From Myxococcota bacterium (GTDB taxonomy: Bacteria > Myxococcota_A > UBA9160 > UBA6930), in the NCBI GenBank assembly GCA_965223415.1, contig OZ245002.1, forward strand, positions 4,128,001-4,192,000: a DNA stretch of 64,000 nt. The letters are read 5' to 3'. The position numbers and the translations under genes are program-made. Shown in pieces: positions 1-10,434 of this stretch. The first letter of the stretch is position 1, and the number at the start of each line of letters is the position of its first letter. A model generated the notes under the pieces. The model was not told the origin of the DNA and did no database searches. It saw nothing but the letters and a program-made list of their open reading frames with translations.

Positions 1-1078
1 AGCGCACCGGGAATCCGAGCACCCGCGCCTCGAGCATGGCCAGGGGCAGCGCGGCGCCGAGGCCGCGCTCCCGCAGGCCGTGGCCGCCGCGCCAGGCGCG
101 CCAGGCCGGACTGCCGCGGAAGGCGTCGGCGACCACACGCAACGGGCCGCGGGGCAGCACCTCCTTCACCAGCACGCCGCGGCCGCCCGCGGCCACCCGG
201 GTGATGCGCGAGCGGCCGTCGTCCTTGAGGACCGGGCCGGCATCGCCCTTCGCGAGGGCCTCGCGGTGGGCCGCCAGTGCCTCGGCGGCCGCCGTCTCGG
301 GGAAGGCGTGCCAGCGCAGGCCGCGGCCGGCGTCCGTGCGCAGCCGCGCCGCCTGCCGCCCGGCGCGCAGCAGGCGTCGCGTGCGGCTCCGGCCGTGGCG
401 CCAGGCCTTGGCGCGGGCCGCCTCGCCAATCGCCCGCAGCTCGTCCGCGTCGGGCTCGGTCGTGGCCGCGCGGCGGATCCGCAGGCGATCGGCCAGGGAC
501 GCCCGGAACCAGAGGGAGTAGTCGAGCTCGCCCAGGTCGCGGCGCCGGGCCGCCGGGCCCGCTCCCCGTCGCGCGTGCTGGAGATCGAGGAGCACCGGGC
601 CCCGGGCGGTGAAGAGCACGTTGCCGGCGTGGAGATCGCCGTGGACGACGCCGCTGGCGTGGACGGCGCGCACGGTCCGGCCGAGGGCTTCGAGCTGGGC
701 CCGGCGCCTCGCCGGCTCGGCGGCGAGGCCGGGAGCGCCGCTCTCCCCCTCGAGGAAGGGAAGCACGAGGATCCGATCGCCGCCGGCCAGGCGGCCCCAG
801 GCCAGGGGTGCCGGCACCGGCACGCCCGCCCCGTGCAGGGCCTGGAGGAAGTGGCGCTCCCGGTCCGCCGGGCTGCGACCGATCGCCGCCTTCAGGCGTT
901 CGCGCAGGGCGTGGTGCCCGCCGGTGCGGAACCGCTTGATCAGCAGGTCGTCCCGCCGCATCAGCCGACGGCGGGGGTTGTCACGCAGGACGTCCGGCTT
1001 CGCGTGGCCCTGCAGCGCCGCCTCCACCCGCCGCTGCACCTCCGCGTCGCCGCCCTGCCAGGTGATCGCCTCGCTCAT
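1..1078 (-). CDS. Lipopolysaccharide kinase (Kdo/WaaP/InaA-like), apparently two kinase-like domains; runs off the window
   Basis: Manual translation from ATG 1078 (MSEAITWQGG...) gives HGDLHAGNVL and LLDL kinase motifs; overlaps the stop of the upstream glycosyltransferase; not in the ORF track because it has no stop in the window. Confidence 0.75.
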   Translation of the reverse strand, partial: MSEAITWQGGDAEVQRRVEAALQGHAKPDVLRDNPRRRLMRRDDLLIKRFRTGGHHALRERLKAAIGRSPADRERHFLQALHGAGVPVPAPLAWGRLAGGDRILVLPFLEGESGAPGLAAEPARRRAQLEALGRTVRAVHASGVVHGDLHAGNVLFTARGPVLLDLQHARRGAGPAARRRDLGELDYSLWFRASLADRLRIRRAATTEPDADELRAIGEAARAKAWRHGRSRTRRLLRAGRQAARLRTDAGRGLRWHAFPETAAAEALAAHREALAKGDAGPVLKDDGRSRITRVAAGGRGVLVKEVLPRGPLRVVADAFRGSPAWRAWRGGHGLRERGLGAALPLAMLEARVLGFPVR

Positions 1079-2175
1079 CGCCGGACCCGCCCGTAGAGCG
1101 CGTGGAGCTCCTCGACGCAGATGGCCCAGCTGCGCGTCTCGGCGCGGGCCCGCGCGGCCCGGCCGAGGCGCTCGCGGGCACCGGCGTCGACCAGCCGCTC
1201 GAGGGCGTCGGCGAAGCCGTCGACGTCCTCCGGGTCCTCGACGGTCCAGCCGGCCTCGCCCAGCCAGCGGGCCGCGCCGTTCGCTCCGCTCGTCACCACC
1301 GGCAGGCCGCAGGCCGCGGCCTCGAGGCACACGTTGGCGAAGGCGTCGTAGCGGGTGGGCAGAAGTAGCGCGTCGGCGGCCGGGTAGAGCTCGGCCGGGT
1401 CCCGCCCGGCGCCGAGGAAGCGCACGCGGTCGGCGACGCCCAGGCGCAGGGCCAGCGCCCGGCCCGGTGCTTCCTCCCGGCCGGCGACCCACAGCACGCT
1501 CTCCTTCGGGCCCGCGCGTGCCAGGGCGCGAAGGGCCGTGTCGATGCCCTTGCGGTGGTGGCCGTGGCCGACCAGCAGCCAGACGAGCCGGTCGCCGCAG
1601 TCGAGCTCTCTTCGCAGGGCCTCCCGGCCGGCCGGGTCGCGACCCGGCCGGAAGCGCTCCAGGTCGACCCCGTTCGGGATGACGGCGACCCGCTCCGGTG
1701 CCACCGCATGGTGTTCGAAGAGCTCGTCGCGGACCATCTCCGAGTTGCAGTGCACCCACTGGCTCGGGTCGCGCAATACGGCACCCTCGATGGCCAGCAG
1801 CACCGCGTGGCGGGGTGTCGCCCGTCGGAGGCGGGCTCCGGCGGGGCCGTAGGCGCGCTCCATGTAGGCCGCGTGGCAGCCGCCGCCGGTGCGGTAGACA
1901 TCCTGGTGGCGGGTTCGCGAGAAGGCGTGCACGGCGTCGTAGGCCCCCCGCGGCGCAGCGCGGGCCGCGGCCCGCGAGAAGGCCCACACCCGCCAGGGCT
2001 GCCAGGCCGCAGCCACCGGCAACGGCTGCACCCGCGGGCCCTCGGAGCGCTCGGCGCGGCGGGCGAAGACGCGCACCTCGTCCCCGGACGTGTGGAGCGC
2101 GTGGGCAGTGGCCCACGCAGCGCCCTCCACCCCGCCCCCCGGCTCGAATCGTTCGATCACCAGCGCGATCCGCAT
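1075..2175 (-). CDS. Glycosyltransferase family 4 (WaaG/RfaG-like)
   Basis: N-terminal MRIALVIERF..GGGVE; C-terminal YDAFANVCLEAAACGLPVV GT-B motif. Confidence 0.85.
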   Translation of the reverse strand: MRIALVIERFEPGGGVEGAAWATAHALHTSGDEVRVFARRAERSEGPRVQPLPVAAAWQPWRVWAFSRAAARAAPRGAYDAVHAFSRTRHQDVYRTGGGCHAAYMERAYGPAGARLRRATPRHAVLLAIEGAVLRDPSQWVHCNSEMVRDELFEHHAVAPERVAVIPNGVDLERFRPGRDPAGREALRRELDCGDRLVWLLVGHGHHRKGIDTALRALARAGPKESVLWVAGREEAPGRALALRLGVADRVRFLGAGRDPAELYPAADALLLPTRYDAFANVCLEAAACGLPVVTSGANGAARWLGEAGWTVEDPEDVDGFADALERLVDAGARERLGRAARARAETRSWAICVEELHALYGRVRR

Positions 2176-2304
2176 CGATGCCAGGAGGCTCCCGTGGGCG
2201 GTGGTCCTCTCGCGGCCTCGGGACCCCTCGACCCTCGGGCCGAGGGTAGTATATTGCCCCGCTCGGCTCCGGCCGCAGCAACGAGAGAACTCCGATTTCG
2301 CTCC

Positions 2305-2991
2305 ATGGCGCGCTCCTTACCTGCTGCTCCTTCGCACGCCTCTTCGAACGAGGTCGGCGAGACCACACCCAAGCCGAAGGGTGAGAAGCGAGACCGCATC
2401 CTCGAGGCCGCCATCGTGGTGTTCGCCCGCAAGGGCTTCCACAAGGCGAGGGTCTCAGACATCTCCGCGGAGGCGGAGATCGCCTACGGCCTCGTCTATC
2501 ACTACTTCAAGAACAAGGACGAGATCCTCGCCACGATCTTCGAGGAGCGCTGGCACGGCTTCCTCGATGCGGTCCACGCCATCGGCCGCGGGCCCGGAAC
2601 GCTGCGCAACCAGCTGGTGTCCATCACCACGCTCGTCCTGAACGCGTTCCGTCTGCGACCGGAGTGGGTGAAGGTGCTCGTCCTGGAGATCCAGCGTTCC
2701 AGCCGCTTCGCGGAGCCCGCCCAGCAGCAGGCGGTCGCCGCGCTGTTCGGCGCCTTCGAGGAGGTGCTGCGCGGAGGGCAGGAGCGGGGCGAGCTGCGCA
2801 GCGACCTGAACCTGTCGGTGGCCGCGACGCTCTTCCTCGGCGCCATCGACCTGGTGATCACGAGCTTCGTGATCGGCGTCGCCGAGGTGCCCGAAGGGGA
2901 AGCGGCCCAGCGCGCGTTCTACCTGGAGACCGCCCATCAGATCGTGGACATCTTCCTGCGCGGCGGCGCAGGGGTGGAGGGAGAAGCTTGA
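2305..2991 (+). CDS. TetR/AcrR family transcriptional regulator
   Basis: RILEAAIVVFARKGF...DISAEAEIAYGLVYHYFKNKDEI helix-turn-helix. Confidence 0.9.
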   Translation: MARSLPAAPSHASSNEVGETTPKPKGEKRDRILEAAIVVFARKGFHKARVSDISAEAEIAYGLVYHYFKNKDEILATIFEERWHGFLDAVHAIGRGPGTLRNQLVSITTLVLNAFRLRPEWVKVLVLEIQRSSRFAEPAQQQAVAALFGAFEEVLRGGQERGELRSDLNLSVAATLFLGAIDLVITSFVIGVAEVPEGEAAQRAFYLETAHQIVDIFLRGGAGVEGEA

Positions 2992-3722
2992 TCGAGGCCG
3001 ACGGCATCACCAAGCGTTACGGAGACTTCGTCGCCGTCGACGGGGTCTCCTTCACCGCCGGGGCCGGGGAGGTGATCGGCTTCCTCGGCCCGAACGGCGC
3101 CGGCAAGACGACGACGATGCGCATCCTCACCGGCTTCCTGCCGGCGACGGACGGCACGGCGCGCATCGCCGGCCATGACATCTTCGACGAGGCGCTCGAG
3201 GCGCGCCGAGCCATCGGCTACCTGCCCGAGACGCCGCCGCTGTATCCCGAGATGGACGTGACCGGCTACCTCACCTACGTCGCCAAGCTCAAGGATGTGC
3301 CCCGGGCCGAGCGGAAGGCCGCGGTGGAGAGCGCCACCGAGCGCTGCGGCCTGTCGGACGTCCACCGGCGGGTGATCGGCTCGCTCTCGAAGGGCTACCG
3401 GCAGCGGGTCGGCATCGCCCAGGCCATCGTCCACGACCCGAAGGTGCTGATCCTGGACGAGCCCACCGTCGGTCTCGATCCGATCCAGATCCGCGAGATC
3501 CGCCACCTGATCGCGGACCTGGCGGATCCGGAGAAGGCCGCCCACACGATCGTGCTCTCGACCCACATCCTGGCGGAGGTCGAGGCCATCTGCCGGCGGG
3601 TGGTCCTGATCCACGACGGCCGGAAGGTGCTCGACCAGAGCATGGAGGAGCTGCGCCAGGCCGGCGAAGCGCTCGAGGACGTGTTCGCGCGGCTCACCCT
3701 CCGCGAAGAGGAGGCCGCATGA
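2988..3722 (+). CDS. ABC transporter ATP-binding protein (GldA-like)
   Basis: Walker A GPNGAGKT, signature LSKGYRQR, Walker B LILDEP; TTG start overlapping the TetR stop. Confidence 0.9.
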   Translation: MIEADGITKRYGDFVAVDGVSFTAGAGEVIGFLGPNGAGKTTTMRILTGFLPATDGTARIAGHDIFDEALEARRAIGYLPETPPLYPEMDVTGYLTYVAKLKDVPRAERKAAVESATERCGLSDVHRRVIGSLSKGYRQRVGIAQAIVHDPKVLILDEPTVGLDPIQIREIRHLIADLADPEKAAHTIVLSTHILAEVEAICRRVVLIHDGRKVLDQSMEELRQAGEALEDVFARLTLREEEAA

Positions 3723-4540
3723 GGCACGTCGGCGCCATCGCAGGGCGCGAGCTGCGCTCGCTCTTCGTCTCCCCCGTGGCCTACGCGGTCCTCACCCTGT
3801 TCGCCGTGCTGGCGGGATTCTTCTTCCTGCTCTCGGTGCAGGGCTTCCGCGAGACCGTGAACTACTACCAGCAGATCGGGCAGTTCGAGGTGCTGCGGGA
3901 GGTCAACCTGAACACCCAGCTGATCGGTCCCTTCGTCCAGGTGATGTGGATCGTCTTCCTGTTCCTGATCCCCGGCATCACCATGGGCCTCTTCACCTCG
4001 GAGAAGACCCAGGGGACCCAGGAGCTCCTGATGACGAGCCCCATCACGATGTGGGAGCTGGTGATCGGCAAGTTCCTGGCGGCGGCGGCCTTCGTGACCC
4101 TGCTGATCGCCATGATGGGCCTCCTGCCGTCGATGCTCTTCATCGAGGTCGGCAGCTTCGACCTGGCGGACCCGGATCCGGAAGGCCTGCAGATGGTCGC
4201 GGGGCTCCTCGGGCTCTGGCTGCTCGGCCTCACCTACGCGGCGGTCGGCACCTTCGCGTCGTCGGTCACCCGCAACCAGCTCGTCGCCTTCTTCCTCGCC
4301 CTGGCGCTGCTGCTGATCCTGTGGCTGCTCTCGGTGGTGGCGGACCTCGGCGTGGCCGAGGGCGCGGCGGGCACGGCCACGTCCGTGTCCGGGGTGCTGA
4401 CCTGGCTCTCCACCTCGGACCACTTCGACAAGCTGGCGCGAGGCCTGGTAGACACCCGGGACCTCGCCTACTTCGCCTTCATGATCGCGGCCTTCCTGAT
4501 CGCGACGAAGACCGCGGTCGAATCCGTGAGGTGGCGCTGA
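3719..4540 (+). CDS. ABC-2 type permease (GldF-like)
   Basis: Multiple hydrophobic segments; EKTQGTQELLMTSP and GLVDTRDLAYF motifs. Confidence 0.85.
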   Translation: MRHVGAIAGRELRSLFVSPVAYAVLTLFAVLAGFFFLLSVQGFRETVNYYQQIGQFEVLREVNLNTQLIGPFVQVMWIVFLFLIPGITMGLFTSEKTQGTQELLMTSPITMWELVIGKFLAAAAFVTLLIAMMGLLPSMLFIEVGSFDLADPDPEGLQMVAGLLGLWLLGLTYAAVGTFASSVTRNQLVAFFLALALLLILWLLSVVADLGVAEGAAGTATSVSGVLTWLSTSDHFDKLARGLVDTRDLAYFAFMIAAFLIATKTAVESVRWR

Positions 4541-6141
4541 TGAAGCCCTGGGCAAGCCTGTTGATGGCGCTGGGCGGCGTCCTCATCCTGTTCGCCGTCC
4601 TGTCGTTCCTGGTGCAGCTCCTCTCGGGCCCCGTGCTGCTGTGGCAGGAGCTCGTGTGGAGCATCGGCAACCTGGTCGTCGGCGTCGGTCTCCTGGCCTT
4701 CGCCCTGTTCTCCAACGCGGACGCCTACCGCGAGCGGCTCCAGACCGGCGAGGCCCGGCGGGCCAGCAAGTACGGGACCAGCGCGATCGCGAGCGCCGTG
4801 CTCGGGATCGCGCTCCTCGGTCTGCTGGCCTTCCTCTCGACCCGCTACCACACCCACTGGGACTGGACCGTGGCCCAGGCCCACACGCTCTCGGGCCAGA
4901 CCACGGGTCTCCTCGAAGACCTGGAGGGCGAGATCTCGGTGGTGGGGGTCTACTCGCCGATGGCCGCGGTGCCCGCCAAAGAGCTGCTCGAGCGGTACAC
5001 CTTCGTGTCGGACAAGCTGAAGGTGGAATGGCTGGACCCGGAGCGGCAGCCCGGCCGCCTGCGCGACCTGGGGATCGCGCCGGAGCGCCTCCAGGCCGGG
5101 CTCCTCCACGTGACGATCGGGGAAGAATCGGTCGAGGTCCGCGAGCTCACCGAGGAGGCGCTGACCAACGCCATCGTGAAGCTCACCCGGCGGGACCAGA
5201 AGAAGGTCTACTTCGTCGTCGGCCACAACGAGCGGATCACGGAGGGCGAGGGCGCCGACGAAGCGACGGGCTACGCCTTCGCTGCCGAAGCCCTCGTCAA
5301 CGAGAACTACCAGGTCGAGACGATCCTGCTGGCCCAGACCGGCGAGGTTCCTGCCGACGCGGACGTGGTGGTGCTTGCCGGGCCTACGCGGCCTCTCCTG
5401 GAGCCCGAGCACGCGGCCCTGCGCGCCTACGCCGAGGCGGGCGGCGCGCTCCTCGTGCTGCTCGATCCCCGCGCGAACACCGACCTGGCGGCGCTCGTCG
5501 CCGAGTGGGGCGTCAGGGTCGGCGAGGACGTGGTGGTCGACCTGGTGGGCGGCATGGTCGGGACCCCGACCACCCCCTTCGCGAAGGACTTCGGCCCCCA
5601 TCCGATCACCGACGAGCTGCGCGGCTTCACCGTCTACGAGTTCGCGCGCAGCGTGACGCCGACACCGGAAGCTGCCGGCGCCTTCCAATCCCTGGTGCGA
5701 ACCGGCGAGGACTCCTGGTCCGAGGTGGACCTCGCCCGCCTGGAGCAGAAGGGCGAGGTGGGCTTCGACCCGGAGGACACCCGGGGTCCGGTCACCCTCG
5801 CCGTGGCGGGGACCCTGAGCCTCGCGGAAGTCGACGCCACGGAGGAGGGCGACCCGACCGACCCGGCCCGCATCGTGGTGGTCGGCGACGCGGACTTCGC
5901 CTCGAATCAACTGATCGGTGCGTACCTCAACCGGGACTTCTTCCTCAACACGGTGAACTGGCTGCTCGGCGACGTCGAGTCGATCTCGATTCGCCCGAAG
6001 CAGGGCGTGGCGAGCCGCCTGCAGCTCACGACCGAGGATTTCCTGGATCTGCGCTACGTTTCGCTCTTCGTGCTGCCCGAGACGATCGCGGTGCTGGGGG
6101 TGATCGCCTGGTGGCGCAGGCGCCGCGCACCGGGGCGATGA
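4540..6141 (+). CDS. GldG-like ABC auxiliary component
   Basis: WDWT..HTLSGQT, KVYFVVGHNE, VVVGDADF, NRDFFLNTVNWL; terminal TM helix. Confidence 0.8.
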   Translation: MKPWASLLMALGGVLILFAVLSFLVQLLSGPVLLWQELVWSIGNLVVGVGLLAFALFSNADAYRERLQTGEARRASKYGTSAIASAVLGIALLGLLAFLSTRYHTHWDWTVAQAHTLSGQTTGLLEDLEGEISVVGVYSPMAAVPAKELLERYTFVSDKLKVEWLDPERQPGRLRDLGIAPERLQAGLLHVTIGEESVEVRELTEEALTNAIVKLTRRDQKKVYFVVGHNERITEGEGADEATGYAFAAEALVNENYQVETILLAQTGEVPADADVVVLAGPTRPLLEPEHAALRAYAEAGGALLVLLDPRANTDLAALVAEWGVRVGEDVVVDLVGGMVGTPTTPFAKDFGPHPITDELRGFTVYEFARSVTPTPEAAGAFQSLVRTGEDSWSEVDLARLEQKGEVGFDPEDTRGPVTLAVAGTLSLAEVDATEEGDPTDPARIVVVGDADFASNQLIGAYLNRDFFLNTVNWLLGDVESISIRPKQGVASRLQLTTEDFLDLRYVSLFVLPETIAVLGVIAWWRRRRAPGR

Positions 6142-6151
6142 GGGCGCGACG

Positions 6152-7576
6152 GTGAGCCCGAGGACTACGTTGCTCCTGGCCGTGGCGGTCGCCGCCCTCG
6201 GTGCCTTCGTCTGGTTTTGGGAGGTGGAGGGTGCCGCCGACCGTGCCGCCGCCGAGCAGACCGCCAAGGAGGTCTTCCCGGACCTCACCCCCGAAGCCCT
6301 GACCGCGCTGGTCGTCCGCAGCGATGAGGGCGACGAGGTCCGCCTCGAGCGCGATGGCGGCTGGCGGCTGCGTGCGCCGGTCGACGCCCCGGCGGACCCG
6401 ATGACCGCCGACGCCCTCGCCGCCGCCGTGGCAGACCTGGCCACCGAGAGCACCTTCGACGATCCCGAGCCCCGGGAGAGCTACGGCCTGACCGGAGAGC
6501 CGCGGGTGCGGGCGGAGGCCGGCGAGCGCCACGTGGCGCTGTGGCTCGGCGACGCGACACCCACCGGCACCAACACCTACGTGGCCGCCGAGGGCGACGA
6601 GCGCGTCTTTACCGTCGCGACCTACCGGACGAACGCCCTGCGCAAGAGCCTCGGCGACCTGCGCGACGCGCGCATCCTCTCCTTCGATCGGGAGGCGGTG
6701 ACCGATGTCGAGGTGACCTGGAAGGGCGGTGGCGTCGCCGTCGCGAAGGGCGAGGAGGCGTGGCGGGTTCGCAAGCCCCTCGACGCCGCTGCGGACGAAG
6801 GGACGATCTCGGGCCTGCTGTCGGATCTCTCCTACCTCCGGGCGGAGGACTACGTGGACGAGCCGGCGGCGGAGCAGCGCACCGCCCTCGGGTCGCCCGC
6901 CTATCAGGTGACGCTGCGCGGCGCCGAGGACGCGGTGCTGGCGGAGCTCCGGATCGCATTCGCCGGTGGGGACGAAGGCGAGGGCACGCGGCGCCTCGTG
7001 CAGGGCCGGGAGGGCTTCCTCTACGAGATCGCCGAGGGCCGCCTCGACGACCTGCCGCGCACGGTCACGGCCTTCCGCTTCAAGGAGCTGTCGAGCTTCC
7101 CGGTCAACGACGCGGCGCGCTTCGAGCTGGCCTTCCAGGGCGAGGGCGAGGAGCTCCTCGTCCAGGCCGAGCAGACCGCGGAGGGCAGCTGGACCAGCAC
7201 GCCCGAGCCGCTGGCGCCGGGCAAGGCGAGCCGCCTGCTGTCGGAGCTCTCGAGCCTCGAGGCCGCGGACATTGCCGCCGAGAGCATGGGACCGGACGAG
7301 CTCGCCGGCATCGGCCTCGCGCCGCCCCGGGTGACGGTGCGCGTACTGCCGGAGGAGGGCGACACCGCCCTGGCGAAGCTGCACCTCGGCCGCCTCGAGC
7401 CGGGCCGGGGGATCGCCGCCCAACGTCCGGACGACCCCATCGTCTACTGGCTCCCCGAGGCTCTCGCCGAGCACCTGCCCGTGAGCCTCGAGGCCTGGCG
7501 CAACCGCTTCCTGGCGGAGGAGGCGGAGACGGACGAGGCTCCCGAAGAGGAAGAGGGAGCGGACGAGGAGGAGTAG
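6152..7576 (+). CDS. DUF4340 domain protein
   Basis: N-terminal TM anchor, repeated W..P..A.AD...YGL..P units, typical position after GldG-like genes. Confidence 0.7.
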   Translation: MSPRTTLLLAVAVAALGAFVWFWEVEGAADRAAAEQTAKEVFPDLTPEALTALVVRSDEGDEVRLERDGGWRLRAPVDAPADPMTADALAAAVADLATESTFDDPEPRESYGLTGEPRVRAEAGERHVALWLGDATPTGTNTYVAAEGDERVFTVATYRTNALRKSLGDLRDARILSFDREAVTDVEVTWKGGGVAVAKGEEAWRVRKPLDAAADEGTISGLLSDLSYLRAEDYVDEPAAEQRTALGSPAYQVTLRGAEDAVLAELRIAFAGGDEGEGTRRLVQGREGFLYEIAEGRLDDLPRTVTAFRFKELSSFPVNDAARFELAFQGEGEELLVQAEQTAEGSWTSTPEPLAPGKASRLLSELSSLEAADIAAESMGPDELAGIGLAPPRVTVRVLPEEGDTALAKLHLGRLEPGRGIAAQRPDDPIVYWLPEALAEHLPVSLEAWRNRFLAEEAETDEAPEEEEGADEEE

Positions 7577-7579
7577 CCG

Positions 7580-8740
7580 GTGAGGATCCGAGGGACCTGG
7601 GCCGCCGCCGCGTTCTTCCTCTGGGCCCCGTCCCAGGGCGCCTGGGCCGCCGGCGCACCGGAGCCGCCGGAGGATGCCGTAGTGGCCGTGCTGCCCTTCG
7701 TTCCCGGCGATCCCACCCGCGTGATGGTGGATCTCGCGCCGGAGGGCCAGAAGCCCTTCGTGATGCTGCTCGACACCGGCGCCTCCGATTCCGTCGTTAC
7801 GCCTCGCATGGCGCGGGAGCTCGGTGTGCGGGTGCGGCGCGCCAAGACGACTCCCTACCGGCGGAGTACGAGCCTTGGACGCGACCTCCAGTTCTGGGTC
7901 GACGTCGCGAGCAGTGACACCGCCTCCAAGACCGGCTGGGAGTACGGGCTCCTCGGCGGCGAGTTCCTGGACGACTACGTGCTCGAGCTCGACTACCCGG
8001 CCCAGCGTGTCCGCTTCCTCGACCCGAAGAAGTACCGCGTCCCCGAGGTGGTCGAGGCGGCCGACGAGCGCGTCGTCCGGTTCAAGCGCTCGGGAACGCG
8101 CGTCTTTACCGAGATCGAGGTCGCTGGCGAGACGACGCGAGTGCTGCTGGATACGGGTGCGCCGGACACGGTGGTCCTCTCTGGGCGCGCGGCGCGGGAG
8201 CTCGGACTCGATCTCGAGAACCTGAAGTCCTTCGGCGAAGTGGGCACCGTGATGGGCCCGATGGAGGTCTTCCTGCTGGAGACCGAGGGGTTCCGCTGGG
8301 CCGGCTACGATTTCGACACGACGCCGATGCTGGTCGCGCCGAAGGGTTGGTACAACCAGGCGGGGGCCAACGACTCGGCGCTCGGCTACGACATCCTGCG
8401 GCAGTTCGTGATCCGCATCGACTACAAGCGCAAGCGGCTCTGGCTGAAGCGCTCCGGCGATCGGCGGGTGACCTTCGGTGGCGCAGACTGGGCCGCGGTG
8501 AAGGAGCTCGGTGCCATGCTCGCGCCCGTCGCGCCGGCCCAGTACTGGGTCTGGCAGGTGGACCCCGAGGGCAAGGCCGCGGCGTTCGGGCTGCGCGCGG
8601 GCGACTTCGTGGTCGACCAGCGAGCCGAGGGCCTCGAAGACCTGAAGGGCCTCATCGAAGCTGGCAAGTCGATCAAGGTCATGCGTCTCGACGAAGAGGG
8701 GATCGAGACGGTCTTCGACGTCGGGCCCCGGCAGCCCTGA
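7580..8740 (+). CDS. Secreted retropepsin-like aspartyl protease (two DTG domains, PDZ-like C-terminus)
   Basis: Signal peptide; LLDTGA twice; GLLGGEFL/ALGYDIL; AAAFGLRAGD. Confidence 0.8.
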   Translation: MRIRGTWAAAAFFLWAPSQGAWAAGAPEPPEDAVVAVLPFVPGDPTRVMVDLAPEGQKPFVMLLDTGASDSVVTPRMARELGVRVRRAKTTPYRRSTSLGRDLQFWVDVASSDTASKTGWEYGLLGGEFLDDYVLELDYPAQRVRFLDPKKYRVPEVVEAADERVVRFKRSGTRVFTEIEVAGETTRVLLDTGAPDTVVLSGRAARELGLDLENLKSFGEVGTVMGPMEVFLLETEGFRWAGYDFDTTPMLVAPKGWYNQAGANDSALGYDILRQFVIRIDYKRKRLWLKRSGDRRVTFGGADWAAVKELGAMLAPVAPAQYWVWQVDPEGKAAAFGLRAGDFVVDQRAEGLEDLKGLIEAGKSIKVMRLDEEGIETVFDVGPRQP

Positions 8741-8818
8741 CCAGCCGGGCGGCCGGGCGCGCCATCACCTCGAGGACGGGCTACACCAGGCGATGCGCCC
8801 GGGCCCGGAGGAGAACCC

Positions 8819-9781
8819 ATGACCCGACTCGGTTATCAGATCCCGAACTTCACCTACCCCGGCATCGGTCCGGCGGCCATCTACGACAACGTGGTCGCCC
8901 AGGCCCGGGCAGCCGAGGCGGCGGGCTACGACCGCGTCTTCGTGATGGACCACTTCTACCAGCTGCCCGGGATCGGTGCGCCGGAGGAGCCGATGTTCGA
9001 GTGCTACTCGATGCTCTCGGCCCTGGCCCAGCACACCGAGCGGGTGCGACTCTCGGCGCTGGTCACCGGCAACACCTATCGGAACCCGGCCCTGCTGGCG
9101 AAGAGCGTCACCACCCTCGACCACGTGTCGGGAGGGCGGGCCACCCTGGGCATCGGGGCCGGCTGGTTCGAGAAGGAGCACGTCGACCTGGGCTTCGAGT
9201 TCGGCACCTTCACCGATCGCTTCGAGAAGCTGGAGGAAGCCCTCCGGATCATCGCTCCCATGCTCCGGGGCGAGCGGCCGACCCTCGACGGCAAGCACTA
9301 CCGGGTGAGCGAGGCGGTGAACTCGCCGGCGCCGATCTCGAAGATCCCGATCATGATCGGCGGGCAGGGCGAGAAGAAGACCCTTCGCATGGTTGCCCAG
9401 TACGCGGACGAGTCGAACCTGGTCGGTCCCAACGAGGCGATTCCGCGCAAGCTCGAGGTGCTGGCCGAGCACTGCGAGCGTCTGGGCCGCGACCGCTCGG
9501 AGATCACCGTGACGAAGCTCATGATGGTGGCGGTGGCGCCCACTCAGGAAGAGCTCGACGCCGACCTCGCCGCGGTCGCGGAAGTGAAGGGCTGGAGCGA
9601 CGCCCACATCGCTGCGGCGAAGCAGGCGCTGATCACCGGCGACCCGGACACCGTCGGTGAGGTGCTCCAGAAGGCCGTCGCCGACGGCTTGGACGGGATC
9701 GTCGTCGACCTGCCCGCCAACGGGCACAACACCGAGCGGATCGAGCTGCTGGGCGAGATCGCCAACAAGATCCTGCGCTAG
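8819..9781 (+). CDS. LLM class (F420-dependent type) oxidoreductase
   Basis: MDHFYQ, YRNPALLAK, LDHVSGGRATLGIGAGW, PIMIGG. Confidence 0.85.
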   Translation: MTRLGYQIPNFTYPGIGPAAIYDNVVAQARAAEAAGYDRVFVMDHFYQLPGIGAPEEPMFECYSMLSALAQHTERVRLSALVTGNTYRNPALLAKSVTTLDHVSGGRATLGIGAGWFEKEHVDLGFEFGTFTDRFEKLEEALRIIAPMLRGERPTLDGKHYRVSEAVNSPAPISKIPIMIGGQGEKKTLRMVAQYADESNLVGPNEAIPRKLEVLAEHCERLGRDRSEITVTKLMMVAVAPTQEELDADLAAVAEVKGWSDAHIAAAKQALITGDPDTVGEVLQKAVADGLDGIVVDLPANGHNTERIELLGEIANKILR

Positions 9782-9834
9782 GGTGCGAGGAGCGCTTCGC
9801 TTCGACTTCTCCCGGACGTAGCGGGAGGGAGGGC

Positions 9835-10434
9835 CTAGCCGTCCGGCGACGCCGCGTTGAACAGCCGGTCCCGGGCACGCTCGATGTGCTCGCGCAGGGT
9901 CGCGAAGTGGCCGGCGGTGAGCCGGCCGAGCACCCGGGCGTCGCGACCCACGCGGACCTGGTAGCGGACCTTTCCCTCCTTCACCCACACGCCCAGACCG
10001 AAGCCCTCCACGCCGACGATGTGGGCCTCGGTCTCGAGGCCGCGGCCGCCTTCGGAAGCGACCAGCTCCAGGCTGGCCATCCCGCCGAGCAGCGTTTCCA
10101 CCTCGTGGAGGTCCAGGTAGGCGACCCGCTCCTCCGGCTCGAGCTCCGCCGCGTCCAGGTCGACGCGCAGGCCGAGCAGGCGCTGGCTCTCGTAGCCCGG
10201 CTCGAAGGCGCCGATGCCCGAGACCATCAGCGAGCCGCCGCCCTGGATGGGGATCGAGGGCTGGGGGCTCTGGCGGGTGACCAGCACCCGGCCCGTTTGC
10301 TCGAGGAAGCGCCGCAGCTCGCTCATCGTCGGCTGTGGCTGCGGCAGGGGGATCTCCGTCGGCGGCGGGTGGACCGGTTGTGCAACCGCCACGGCCGCCA
10401 ACAGAAGCGCCGCCAGGCCCAGGCTCTTGCTCAT
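9835..10434 (-). CDS. Hypothetical secreted protein
   Basis: ATG 10434 overlapping the suhB stop; signal-peptide-like N-terminus MSKSLGLAALLLAAVAVA. Confidence 0.6.
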   Translation of the reverse strand: MSKSLGLAALLLAAVAVAQPVHPPPTEIPLPQPQPTMSELRRFLEQTGRVLVTRQSPQPSIPIQGGGSLMVSGIGAFEPGYESQRLLGLRVDLDAAELEPEERVAYLDLHEVETLLGGMASLELVASEGGRGLETEAHIVGVEGFGLGVWVKEGKVRYQVRVGRDARVLGRLTAGHFATLREHIERARDRLFNAASPDG

